Shown here one piece after another: positions 20,419 through 31,644 of a stretch of DNA of 64,000 nt (its first letter is position 1; each line of letters opens with the position of its first letter). The notes beneath the pieces were generated by a model. That model did no database searches and was not told where the DNA came from. It worked only from the letters and a program-made list of their open reading frames with translations. The translations under genes were made by a program, and so were the position numbers. The DNA comes from an uncultured delta proteobacterium (GTDB lineage Bacteria > Desulfobacterota > Binatia > UBA9968). The stretch covers positions 32,001 to 96,000 of the forward strand of contig CAWJBB010000041.1 in NCBI GenBank assembly GCA_963840855.1. The letters run 5' to 3'.

Positions 20419-21867
20419 TATTGATGTCAAGTCGCGAAAGGCACAAATGCTCTTATGAGTTTTCTTTTCCATGTTTGTTCTCCTATGAACTTAACAATCC
20501 TCGACCGAAGAGAGACTGCCTGCTATGCGTGGCACGGCACAAAGTCCGTCACACTGACTTGGGATGCGCCCCTCTCTAAGGCGTCTGGCCACGGGCTCTC
20601 TGTCTCAAAGATCGAACCGTTAGGAGTTGTCGTATCTCCTGGTTCTGGCTCTCGTCGAGTAGTTCCCTGGGGCACAGTCTCCTCCTGGGTCAAAGGAACC
20701 GATTTAACCTTTTTCCTGACTACATAGGGTCTTTGTTTCATCAACACGACAGAAATCCTGACACTGAGTTTTCGCGCCACTGCAACAATGGCGACTCGGG
20801 AAGCGATGTTTCGCGGATGCCTGCGGCAAACCGAGCGAAAGAATTCCCTCAGCTCAGCCGTCTTGGCGGATGGCCGAATAGGAACCTTGGATGAGCTTAC
20901 TTCTCAGCCGTGGGTCACCCGATATGGGTGATCGATCCCCGATCGATTCTCTCTCCGGTGGAGTTCTCCGTGGGCACCAAACCCAAAAAGACTGCCAGTT
21001 GGCGTATGTTGTTAAGCTCTCGACAGTCGCCGATGCGGGCCAGAAGTTGACTGGCCACAATCCAACCAATCACAGAAATCGTCATCAGGTATTTCATGCA
21101 GCGGGACAATTCCGGATCTGCTTACAGAAGCGGCGGATCTCTAGAGTCGTCTTAATAACGCGTTTCTCATAAAACTCCAAGCTGTCCAGCAACTCATAGA
21201 GCTTAAAGCGCACCGTCGAAGAACAGGGGAGCTTGCGCAGCTTCGCTTTCACAGTAAACGACCACTGACTGCCCCCAGGAGCCGGGGGAAACTCAATCCC
21301 TTCGAAAAGCAACAGCGATTTAATACGTTGCTTCATCCCGACCATGTCGCTGATAAAGGTGTCGCGCAATTGGGTGAGGTGGCGAAGCTCACGATACACC
21401 GCAGTGGGAACATGAATGCCTTTGAGTTGCCCCCCACGAAAGATTCTGCGCCAGCATCCGCTGTCCAGTAGATTGGTCTTCACTCTCTGTCCTGGTGCTT
21501 TGGGTATCATCGATGGAGAAGCGATCAAGCACCGATACGCTTGCGCCTCAAGCCCATCATACAAGCCGTACCCTGTCGGCCAGCCTCATAGGCGAAGGCT
21601 ACCTTCTGATCGGGAAAGTGCTTGCGCACATAATTCACAAGATGCTCCACGCTATACGGCATGCGCAGCGACTTAAGCAACCCTTGGTGATCGGCAAAGG
21701 TTACCGAGATGCTTTGCTTGTCCACGTCCAATCCGGCAAAGATATCGTAATCTCTGGGTATGAATGTTTCGCTTCTCATCGAAGTGCCTCCTCTGTACAA
21801 CCGGTTTGTGTGCCGCCATTGTACATGAGCACTCGTTTCGAAGCTCGACATCCATCATACAGGACTC
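20419..21867 (-). mobile_element. IS110-family insertion sequence inserted in a REP-like palindrome
   Basis: DEDD recombinase gene; subterminal inverted repeats 20423-20439 and 21836-21852; CTC at both junctions. Confidence 0.8.
20523..21779 (-). CDS. IS110-family transposase/recombinase, several frameshifts
   Basis: AGLDVDK, YEAG, KTN-D, FLGLVPTENSTG, AIVAVARKL. Confidence 0.88.
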
Positions 21868-22029
21868 AGGAACGAACGGTGGAGCCGTTGAAATCATTGG
21901 AGTTATTTCCGTTCTACTGAGCTTGCCGAAGTATGAGCCTGTCGAAGCATTCTTAGGGTTTTTCAACAGAGTCTTTTTCTTTGACGGGCGATCTCGTGGA
22001 AGAGTAATGTTAATCAAGAGAACAAAAGT

Positions 22030-22087
22030 TGGTGGAGTGACAATCCCACTGGAGGTGCTCGCCCGGGCGAATAGGCTGATCAAGTGA
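22030..22087 (+). pseudogene. C-terminal remnant of an ABC_sub_bind paralog
   Basis: GVTIPLEVLARANRLIK-stop matches the family C-terminus. Confidence 0.6.
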
Positions 22088-22144
22088 GAAGGGGCGAGGG
22101 GTCAAGTGTCGAGTGACACGTGGTTCCAGAAAAAGAAAATGACA

Positions 22145-23125
22145 TGAAGAAACAAATCACGGTCCTTACTCTTTGCGCTATGCTCTTTGCGCTTTGCTCG
22201 TTCGCCGAGCGCGCAGCAGCCAGGAAAAATCTTCCGCATAGGTTTCCTCGATCCAAGCACTGCTTCCGGTAGCGCGGTCCTCGTGGAAGCGTTCCGGCAG
22301 GAGCTGGGCAAGCTTGGATGGATCGAAGGAAAGAATATACACCATCGAGTACCGGTTTGCAGAAGCAAAAGACTGAGCGCCTACCTGAGCTTGCGGCGGA
22401 CCTGGTTCGTCTTAAGGTTGATCTGATCGTGGTCACAGGGACGCCATCGGCGTTAGCGGCGAAGAAAGCCACTACTACCATCCCCATCGTGATGACGAAC
22501 GCTGCGGACCCCGTGGGTGTAGGTTTGGTTGCCAGTCTGGCGCGGCCGGGAGGCAATGTCACCGGGTTTTCGAGTTTATCGTCCGAACTAAACACCAAAA
22601 GGCTAGAGATACTCAAGGACGCGGTCCCCAAGCTCGCCCGAGTTGGACTTCTGCGGCCGGCGGGAGGATCAAGACCTCCAACTGAAACAGCTCAGGCCTG
22701 CGGCTCTGGCACTAAAGCTAAAATTGGAAGAGATCGAGACTCAACTCGATGCCAAAGGTTTAGAGAGCGCATTTAAAACCGCAAAGCAGAAACAGGTGGG
22801 CGCGATTATGACGACCGCCGGTCGCCGCTTTTTCGCCGAAAGAAAGCGGATCGTCGAGCTTGCCGGCAAATACCGGTTGCCGGCTATTTACTTCCAGAAG
22901 GAGTTTGTCGATGAGGGCGGCCTCATGTCCTACGGGGTGGACTACGATGACCTCTATCGGCGCGCAGCTGTTTACGTGGACAAGATCTTGAAAGGTGCCA
23001 AACCGGCTGATTTGCCGGTGCAGCAGGCGACGAAGTTTGAATTTGTCATCAACTTAAGGCGGCGAAACAGATTGGTCTGACAATTCCAGGCCGAACGTGC
23101 TCGCGCGGGCGAACCAAGTCATTAA
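22145..23125 (+). CDS. ABC substrate-binding protein (ABC_sub_bind type), several frameshifts
   Basis: MKKQITVLTLCAMLFALC signal peptide; same motifs as the 18034 copy. Confidence 0.8.
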
Positions 23126-23291
23126 GTATGCAAGAGGCATGAGGCAACAGGCGATATAGGATATTGGACTTGCCTGAACAAGACAGCGATCAAAACTTGC
23201 TTCGAAGAAATTGCTTTCATGCGTCTTCTCCCTTAATCTAAAATCGAAAATCCAAAATCGTAAAATCGAAAATGGAAATGGGAGGTGAACC

Positions 23292-25536
23292 TTGGCATTT
23301 CGTACCATAGGAAAGGCGCTGCCCCGCGTCGAGGGCGAGGGGAAAGTTACCGGTCAAACTAAATACGCGGCGGACTTGCCGTTCAAAGATCTACTGTGGG
23401 CTAAGGTGCTGCGCGCGTCGGTGCCGCATGCACGCATTGTTAAAATCGACACTTCGAAAGCCAAGGCGCTTCCCGGCGTTCATGCTGTGCTCACCGGGCG
23501 CCGACGTGAAAGATATTTACGTCGGCACGCGGGTTAAAGACCAGCCTGTCTTGGCCTATGACAAAGTCCGCACTTGCGGCGATGCGATCGCGGCTGTCGC
23601 TGCCGAGAGCGAAGCGATTGCCGACGAGGCGATCGGATTGATCGATGTCGAATATGAGGAACTACCCTATGTCGACGATCCGGTCGAAGCGTTGAAGCCA
23701 ACGTCGCCGCTGATTCACGAAGATCGAAACAAATATAAGAACGCGCCCAAGTTGCCGGAAGGCATGTCGGGCCACAATCTTCAGTCTCACGTCGTATGGA
23801 AGAACGGCGATATCGAAGCCGGATTCCAAAAGGCCGCGCGGATCTTCGAGCACACGTTTCGCACGCCACTTTCGCATCACGGCTATATCGAGCCTTGTGC
23901 GTGTACGGTTCACGTGCACGACGACGGGAGCGTCGAAGTGTGGCCGTCAAACAAAGGTCCTTGGGGTTTGCGCGACCAGATGGCCGAAGACTTCGGCGTG
24001 CCGAAAGAAAAGATCAAAATTTACATCGTGAATGTCGGCGGCGATTTCGGCGCGAAGGCGTCGCTGATCGACGTGCCGATCGCTTATTATTTATCCAAGG
24101 CGACGAAGCGGCCGGTGAAACTGGTATTCGACTACACCGATGAGCTCCTCGCCGGCGGACACAGACATCCGGCCGTCCTTTCGCTCCGTACCGGCGTCGA
24201 TCAAGATGGAAACTTCACGGCGATCAAGGGGACGATCCATTTCAGCGGCGGCGCCTATGGCTCGCAAAAAGCCAACCCCCAGGTCACTGTGCTCGGCGGG
24301 CGGCGCCTGGCGAGCATGTACCGCTGCCCGGCGATCCACGTGGAAACCTTTTGCGCCTACACCAATCAGGTGCCCTGCACGCAGACGAGGACACCGGGGA
24401 GCCCGCAAGTCGCTTTCGCGTTCGAATCCCAAGTCGACATCATCGCCAAAGAAATGGGCATCGATGCTCTCGAATTGAGGCGAAGAAACATTCTACACGA
24501 CGGCGATGCCAATCCCATGGGTGAAAAATGGAGCGATATTCTCATGGGCGAAGTGCTAGAACGCGTCGTCAAAACTTCCGGCTGGAAGAAGGGTGGAGCG
24601 AAGAAAAACCGCGGCTGGGGCATGGCGCTTTATGATCGCGGCACTCCGGAAGGCAAGGCTAGCTCCGCGCTCACGCTTGAAGCCGATGGCAGGGTTAATA
24701 TTCTTACCGGCGTACCCGATGTTGGCCCCGGATACTATACCGTCAGCCAGCAAATGGTCTGTGAAACGCTCGGCCTGCCGCCGGAGAAAGTTGGCGTGGT
24801 TTTCAAAGACACCGATAGCTTGCCTTTCGATCCCGGCACGGGCGGCAGCAAACAGACGAATACTTCCGGTCACGCGGTCAACCAGTCGGCCCATGAGGTG
24901 CGCGAGAAGCTGATCAATTTGGCGGCGCGGGAGTTAGGCTGTCAGCCGGACGAGATTCGGCAGGAGGGCGGCAAGCTCACGGCGCCCAACAAAAAGTCGA
25001 CGACGACGCAAAAGATGATCGAGCTGGCTGTGAAAGAAAACGGTGGACCCGTTTTTCACCTGACCAATTATGTCCCCAAGGACATGCCGAAGGTCACCGG
25101 CTTCGCCGCGCAAGTGGCTGAGGTCGAAGTTGATCCAACTACCGGCGGCGTGAAGGTTTTAAATTTGACCACGGCGCACGATACTGGCACGGTGCTCAAT
25201 CATCTCACCTTGACTGGCCAGATCGAAGGGGGAGTCGTAACTGGGTTTGGTTTCGCTTTAATGGAAGAAAATCCAATGATTGACGGTAAAATCGCAACTT
25301 TAACTTTAGGTGAGTCAAAGTTCCCGTGCATCGCCGACATTCCGCCGTTAAAAACTGTCCTGGTGGAAAGTCCAACCGGGCCAACACCCTTCGGCGGTAA
25401 AGCCATCGCCGAGAATCCGAACGTCCCGACGGCGGCGGCGATCGCCAACGCGATTGCCGATGCTTGCGGTGTGAGGCTGTTCGATCTGCCGCTCAACGCC
25501 GAAAAAATATATTGGGCATTGAATGGAAAGAAGTAG
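23292..25536 (+). CDS. Xanthine dehydrogenase-family molybdopterin-binding large subunit, frameshift near 23500
   Basis: KVTGQTKYAAD, HGYIEP, GGDFGAK, GQIEGG, AIANAI; GGAGG RBS before TTG. Confidence 0.9.
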
Positions 25537-25671
25537 TGGCAAAGAACGCAAGACTAATATGCGGAGAACTTAACCACAAAGAGCTTGCGCTCGCTCACAG
25601 AGCATAAAAAAGAGGTACATCCCTCCAAGCCACTACCAATGTTCAACGGGTTTTTTGGCCATCGGCAGCTT

Positions 25672-25770
25672 CCGTCATGCCGGCATGGATTGCCGGCATC
25701 CAGGCCCGCAGGATGCGTCCGGATACATCCATGTGAACCTGGGTTCCGGCAGTCCATGCCGGAACGACGG
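25672..25770. repeat. CGTCAT-family palindromic element
   Basis: CCGTCATGCCGGCATGGA...TCCATGCCGGAACGACGG. Confidence 0.7.
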
Positions 25771-25868
25771 GCTCGTACTGTAATGTTACGCAAATAAACA
25801 AGGCGTAAATGAATTTGCCGTTGTCCTGCCGCAAGAGGTCGAAGAAGATGAAGTATAAGAGAACAGCG

Positions 25869-26972
25869 ATGGAGTTTGCTCTCTTTTTTGTCTTTGGGCT
25901 TTTCGCTACCAGTAGCCGCGCCGACTGGAAAAGCGACTGGGACCAGACCGTCAAAGCGGCTGAGCAGGAAGGCCAGCTCATGGTCTCCATCGGCGGTTAC
26001 GGAGCTATCATCGATTCCGGGGCATTTCAAAAGACTTATCCCAAGATCAAGATAACTCACATTACCGGTGCCGGAACCGACCTCACGCAGCGCATTTCGG
26101 CGGAGCGGCGGGCCGGCAAATATCTTGTCGACGTTTACAACGGCGGTGGAAATTCCTTGTTTCAGGTTCTCTATCAGGGAAAAATGCTCGACCCGATCAA
26201 GTCCGTGTTGATTCTGCCCGAGGTTTTGGACGCCACGAAATGGTGGGAGGGCAAACAGAAGTACTTGGACAAAGAAGGTCAATATATTTTCGTCTACGAG
26301 GGCAACGTGTCGGCCGGCGCGGGCGCGGCTTACAACAGCCAATTGCTTGATCCGCGCGAGTACAAGAGCTATTGGGATTTCCTCAATCCCAAACTCAAGG
26401 GAAAGATTCTTTCCACCGATATTCGCAAAGTTCGCGGCGCAGGTATTCCCTGGCAGTTTCTTTATTACTCCTCCGACCTGGGTCCTAAATATCTCCGCCG
26501 CCTGTTCGGCGAGATGGACGTCACTTTAACCGCCGATCTTCGTCAAGCCGTTGACTGGCTTGGCACGGGGAAATTCGCCGTGGGTATGCCGATACAAGGT
26601 GGAACGGTCTATAAAGCAAAACGCCAGGGTTTGCCGGTGGATGAGTTCAGTCCGTACCACTTCAAGGAAGGCGTCAATTTGTCGTCGGCATTCGGTTCTC
26701 TTGCGGTGATGAATCGCGCGCCTCATCCCAACGCGGCTAAGGTCTTTGTCAACTGGTTGTTATCGCGCGAAGGACAGACGCTATTTCAAAAAGTGATATC
26801 CATGCCGGAGAATGCGCGAAATTCGCGCAGAGTGGACGTGCCCAAGGATCACATCCCGGCCGACGAGCAGCGCCGCGACAAGATGAGCTATTTCGACACC
26901 GACGATTCGGATACCAAAGATCTCAATCCGGCTATGAAGCTGCTGGATGAAATATTGGGCGGGAAGAAGTAA
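25869..26972 (+). CDS. Extracellular solute-binding protein (Fe3+/thiamine SBP-like)
   Basis: Signal peptide, WDQTVKAAEQEG, APHPNAAKVFVNWLLSREGQ; start uncertain. Confidence 0.85.
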   Translation: MEFALFFVFGLFATSSRADWKSDWDQTVKAAEQEGQLMVSIGGYGAIIDSGAFQKTYPKIKITHITGAGTDLTQRISAERRAGKYLVDVYNGGGNSLFQVLYQGKMLDPIKSVLILPEVLDATKWWEGKQKYLDKEGQYIFVYEGNVSAGAGAAYNSQLLDPREYKSYWDFLNPKLKGKILSTDIRKVRGAGIPWQFLYYSSDLGPKYLRRLFGEMDVTLTADLRQAVDWLGTGKFAVGMPIQGGTVYKAKRQGLPVDEFSPYHFKEGVNLSSAFGSLAVMNRAPHPNAAKVFVNWLLSREGQTLFQKVISMPENARNSRRVDVPKDHIPADEQRRDKMSYFDTDDSDTKDLNPAMKLLDEILGGKK

Positions 26973-27035
26973 TGGTGTCCAGAAGCAAAAGTTATTGGTG
27001 GGAATGGAACCCTTCTCGAATCAGGGATAAACAAG

Positions 27036-28165
27036 ATGAAATCTAAAGCTATCCTTTCACTATTTTTCTCCTCTTGGTCTCGTCGAGTGCCACATTGTTT
27101 GCCGCGGATGCTAAGCCCCCTTGGCAAGTAACTTGGGAGAATACGGTTGCGGCCGCGAAGAAGGAGGGGCGGTTGAATTTCTACGTCGGCCGCTACGGCA
27201 CGGAGCCGCTGCTCAATGAATTCCGCAAAGAATTTCCCGAGATCAGGCTTGTCACGGTCAACGGGACGGGAAACTCGCTTGGTACGAGGATTGTTGCCGA
27301 GCTTCGCGCCGGCAATGTTGTCGCAGATCTTTTCAGCGGCGGGGCGAATACCAATTACGAAGTGCTCTACGAAGGCAAGGCCCTCGATTCCATCAAGTCC
27401 ACACTGATTCTCCCCGAAGTTCTCGATGAGAGTAAATGGTACGAGGGACGGCACCGTTACACCGACCCGGAGCAAAGGCATATTTTTGTCTACATCGCCA
27501 ACCCGTCGTCTTCCGGCTTTTATTACAACACTACCCTCGTGAATCCGAAGGAATTCAAATCCTACTGGGACCTGGTTGCGCCCAAGTGGAAAGGGAAATA
27601 CGTTTCCCAGGAGCCGACGAGCACAGGGCTAGGGGGAGGACTTCAGTTCATGTATTATCATCCCGAGCTTGGGGCGGAGTTCATCAAGCGGCTCTTCGGT
27701 GATATGCAGCCGACCTTGGGGCGTGACAGGCGGCAGATTACGGACTGGTTGGCCCAAGGGAGATATGCGCTTTGCGTTGGCTGCCGCGAGACGAACCGGG
27801 CGAAGAGCCAGGGACTGCCGGTCGATGAATTCGACAACGTCGACTGGAAAGAAGGAATTCAGCTGACCACCGGCGGTGGCTCCATGAGCTTGATCAAGGG
27901 CGGACCGAACCCAAACGCGGCGAAAGTTTTCGTTAACTGGTTTCTCTCGCGCCGGGGGCAAGTTGCGTTGCAAAAATATAACGACCTGTACGGCGAAGAT
28001 CCGCCCAACTCCCGGCGCATCGATATCCCCAAGGACATTCTCGTGCCGGTCAACCGCATGATCCCAGGAAAAAAATACTTCGACGTCTCCGATCCCAAAT
28101 ACGCCGACATGACGCCGATGTTCAACATAATTAAAGAGATCATGAAGCGGCGGGACGTGAAATAA
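27036..28165 (+). CDS. Extracellular solute-binding protein paralog, frameshift in the signal region near 27070
   Basis: WENTVAAAKKEG, PNPNAAKVFVNWFLSRRGQ; ATG 27036 is out of frame with the body. Confidence 0.82.
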
Positions 28166-28209
28166 AATTGTGCCGAATTTCCTTTATTCTCTCCATAAAA
28201 CTGATTTAT

Positions 28210-30438
28210 CTACCCCCTATTCAGTGCCGCGTAAACTTTTTCAGACGTGAGCGGCAGGTCCATGATGCGCACGCCGACGGCGTCTTGGATGGCGTTGGCA
28301 ATGGCCGCGGCCGTAGGCACGTTGGGGATCTCGGCGATCGCCTTGCCCTGATACGGACTTGGCCCAGTCGGGCTTTCCATTAAAACCGTCGTTAGCTTTG
28401 GCACATCCGCGGCCGTCGCCATCTTGAACTCGCCCAGGTTAGCCGTCGCCATCTTTCCATCGACCAACGAGCTGTCTTCCATCATGGCGAACCCCAAACC
28501 GGTAATGACGCCGCCGTCGACCTGCCCCTGATAACTCAAGTGGTTCAAGACCGTGCCGGAATCATGCACCGTCGTTAGCTTTTTGACTTTGACCTGTCCG
28601 GTTACCGGGTCGACCTCGACTTCGGCGACCTGGGCCGCGAACGACGTGATCGGCGCGCGCGCTGGTTCATAGATGCTAAGATGGGTGATGGGCGCGCCGT
28701 TTTGCTCGACGGCCAAACGCATGATCTCGGTGAACGACATGGGCTTACTGCCGGGGGCGACGTAGCGGCCATTTTGCGCCGTGATATTTTCCGGCTTGCA
28801 GCCGATCCGTTCCGCGGCCAGGGCCAATAATTTTTCTTTGACCTCGGTGACGGCTTGATAAGCGGCGGTGCCGACGCTGTTGGTCGACTTGCTGCCGCCG
28901 GTGCCCGAGTCGTAGGGCGACTTGTCGGTGTCTTCGACGCGAATATTCACGCGCTCCCGTGGCAGGTCGAGCACCTCGCCGACGATCTGCTGCACGACCG
29001 TATGGATGCCCGGGCCGACATCGGGCACGCCTAGATCCACGGTGACACTGCCGTTAGCTTCAACCGTGATCGCGGCGCCGGATTTACCCGCGCCGGAGGG
29101 CCGTTCATAGACTGCCAAGCCACGGCCGATGTTTTTGCCTTTCGGCTTCTTGAAACCGGAAACATCGATAGCTTTGTTCACAGTCTCCTGTACCACTATG
29201 CCTTGCAGTTTCTGACCGAAAGGGGTGGGATCACCGGCCCGGAGCAAATTCTTTTTGCGAAACTCGACCGGGTCCATGCCCAGCTCGCGCGCGATGATGT
29301 CGATTTGCGACTCCATGGCAAAGGTCGTTTGCGGGCTGCCCGGCGTGCGTGTCTGCGTGCAGGGGACCTGGTTGGTATAGGCGCAAAACGTTTCGACTTG
29401 AATCGCGGGAATGCGGTAGTAGCTGGCCACGCGCCGCGGCCCTTGGACGGTGACTTCGGCATTGGCCTTGAGCGCCGCATAACCGCCGCCGCTGAAAACC
29501 GCTCGCGCGTGCAGCGCGCAGAGCTGGCCTTCGCTGTCGACACCCGTTCGGAGCGTGATCACGGCAGGGTGGCGATGCGAGCAAGCGGCTAGCTCCTCGC
29601 TGTAATCGAGAATCATTTTGACGGGCTTGCCCGTTCGTTCAGCCAAGAAATAGCAAACTGGCACTTCGACGACGGAAGTTTTGCCGCCGAAATCGCCCCC
29701 TACGGGAAGTATATGCACTTTGATTCTCGCTGGATCGAGACCCAAATCCCGCGCGAAGCGGTCACGGAGCGTAAACGGCGCCTTGTTCGAAGCCCAGATT
29801 TCGACTTGACCGCCTTCATTAATTCGCACGGTGCAAGCATGGGGCTCGATGTAGGCGTGAAAGCCGAGCGGAGTGCGAAAAGTGTGCTCGAAGACGCGAG
29901 TCGCTTTGCTAAACCCCGCCTCGACGTCGCCGTTGCTCCATTGGCCGTAGGATTGAATGTTGGGAAGTTCCGTGGAGCGTTCTGGGGCGTTTTTGTATTG
30001 CGCTGGGTTGTCGTGCAGTACGGGAGCACCAGGTCGTATCGCCTCCACGGGGTCGGTGACATACGGTAGTTCTTCGTATTGAACGTCGATCAAGCCAAGC
30101 GCCTCTTCGGCAATCTCCACGCTATCCGCGGCCACAGCGGCCACCGGCTCGCCGACGTAGCGGACTCGGTCACGGGCGAGGAGCGGCATGTCTTTCATTC
30201 TCAGGCCTACCATAACCGGCGGAATGTCGGCCGCCGTGATTATGCAACGCACGCCCGGGAAATTTGCGGCTTTGGAAGTGTCGACTTTGACTATGCGCGC
30301 GTGGGGCAGGGGGGAGCGCAAAATCTTTGCCGACAGGGCGCCCGGAATTTCAATGTCGGCGGCGTAACGCAGCTTGCCGGAGACTTTTTCCCCTCCCTCG
30401 AGCCGGGGAACCGGCTTCCCAACAAATCTATAGGCCAT
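28210..30438 (-). CDS. Xanthine dehydrogenase-family molybdopterin-binding large subunit
   Basis: KVSGKLRYAAD, HAYIEPH, GGDFGGK, GQVDGG, AIANAI. Confidence 0.92.
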   Translation of the reverse strand: MAYRFVGKPVPRLEGGEKVSGKLRYAADIEIPGALSAKILRSPLPHARIVKVDTSKAANFPGVRCIITAADIPPVMVGLRMKDMPLLARDRVRYVGEPVAAVAADSVEIAEEALGLIDVQYEELPYVTDPVEAIRPGAPVLHDNPAQYKNAPERSTELPNIQSYGQWSNGDVEAGFSKATRVFEHTFRTPLGFHAYIEPHACTVRINEGGQVEIWASNKAPFTLRDRFARDLGLDPARIKVHILPVGGDFGGKTSVVEVPVCYFLAERTGKPVKMILDYSEELAACSHRHPAVITLRTGVDSEGQLCALHARAVFSGGGYAALKANAEVTVQGPRRVASYYRIPAIQVETFCAYTNQVPCTQTRTPGSPQTTFAMESQIDIIARELGMDPVEFRKKNLLRAGDPTPFGQKLQGIVVQETVNKAIDVSGFKKPKGKNIGRGLAVYERPSGAGKSGAAITVEANGSVTVDLGVPDVGPGIHTVVQQIVGEVLDLPRERVNIRVEDTDKSPYDSGTGGSKSTNSVGTAAYQAVTEVKEKLLALAAERIGCKPENITAQNGRYVAPGSKPMSFTEIMRLAVEQNGAPITHLSIYEPARAPITSFAAQVAEVEVDPVTGQVKVKKLTTVHDSGTVLNHLSYQGQVDGGVITGLGFAMMEDSSLVDGKMATANLGEFKMATAADVPKLTTVLMESPTGPSPYQGKAIAEIPNVPTAAAIANAIQDAVGVRIMDLPLTSEKVYAALNRG

Positions 30439-30470
30439 CTTCTATCCTCCATCCTCGATCGTCAGAGATT

Positions 30471-31451
30471 CTAGATTTTCACTTTCGTAAAGACCTTCAG
30501 CGGGTTCTTCTGAAAAATCTTTAGTTTGTCTTCGGCGCTCAAGAAACCAAGAGCGTCGATCACGGGGATCATATCATCCGACGGTTTGCCGGTGTCGGGG
30601 CGCACGGCGCCGCCGGAACCCGGGGATTCGGTGCCGAACAGCATTTGATCCACGCCGCGTTGTTTGATGGCGGCGGCGAGAAAGTTCTCGTCGTAGGCGC
30701 AGCAATCGAAATATAGATTATCGCGCAGATCTTGCCGCCCGACGTGATGGTCGGTTGGAATGAACCGGTTGAGACCGCCGCCGCAGTGGCAGACCACGAT
30801 CTTCAGTTTCGGGAAGGTCTCGAAGACTTTACTATGTGAATAGAGCTGCATGGCGACGAATTCTTCCAAATAGTTATTCATCTGGTAATTCGCCGGGATG
30901 ACCTCTAACCGGCGGTCGTAAGTAATCGAAGGGTGTACCATCAAGGGAACATCCAAGCTTATGGCTTTTTCATAGAGCGGATACCAGTATTCCTCGTGCA
31001 CTCCGGGGGTTTGCTTGTCGCCCGCCGGGTCGGGATTCAAATAAGCGCCGACGAAGCCCAATTCTTTCACGCAGCGTTCAAGCTCCGCGACGCAGTTGCG
31101 CGTGTCCTTTTCCTTCGATTGCGGGAGCTGCGCCATGCCGCGAAAGCGGTCGGGGTGCAGTTTGACGATGCGCGCGATGACATTGTTGACGGTGGTGGCC
31201 CAGAAGTCTTGAAGGAATGGCCTCATCCAGTGCCACATGGCGATGGGCCGCGGGCCGATGAACTGGACGTCGATATTGCGGTCGTTCATGAATTTCAAAT
31301 GGCGTTGCTGGGCGTTCTCCAACTGCTCGTCCGTCATTTCGAGCTTTCGGCCCGGTGTGTTTTGCGCCACGGTTTCAGCGAGAAACTGGCGAAAGGGCGC
31401 GGGTGTGGTCATATGACCGTGGACATCGACGACTGTTTGACCGTTGTACAT
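30471..31451 (-). CDS. Amidohydrolase_2 family protein (LigJ/4-oxalomesaconate hydratase-like)
   Basis: DVHGHMT, AQLPQS, LNPDPAG, YWYPLYE, HCGG, FGTE. Confidence 0.8.
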   Translation of the reverse strand: MYNGQTVVDVHGHMTTPAPFRQFLAETVAQNTPGRKLEMTDEQLENAQQRHLKFMNDRNIDVQFIGPRPIAMWHWMRPFLQDFWATTVNNVIARIVKLHPDRFRGMAQLPQSKEKDTRNCVAELERCVKELGFVGAYLNPDPAGDKQTPGVHEEYWYPLYEKAISLDVPLMVHPSITYDRRLEVIPANYQMNNYLEEFVAMQLYSHSKVFETFPKLKIVVCHCGGGLNRFIPTDHHVGRQDLRDNLYFDCCAYDENFLAAAIKQRGVDQMLFGTESPGSGGAVRPDTGKPSDDMIPVIDALGFLSAEDKLKIFQKNPLKVFTKVKI

Positions 31452-31470
31452 GGGACCCTAACCTGGAAAT

Positions 31471-31640
31471 GTTTCTAGTTTCAAGTTTCTGGTTTCATTG
31501 TTAGCCGGAAACCCGTTCGTATTTCTCGGCGTCATATTGTGTGGCGAGTTTCTTCGAAGCCGCATAGCTAATCCCGCGGCGCCTAATTTCTGGTGCTGGT
31601 TTCTCTTCAACTATGAAACCAGAAACTAAAAACCAGAAAC
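31471..31640. repeat. Inverted 7-nt-period repeat arrays
   Basis: GTTTCTAGTTTCAAGTTTCTGGTTTC ... GAAACCAGAAACTAAAAACCAGAAAC. Confidence 0.7.
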
Positions 31641-31644
31641 TTAG

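Noticed and set aside
23292-30438. Aerobic CO dehydrogenase (coxL)
   Set aside because: Both large subunits lack the AYxCSFR signature.
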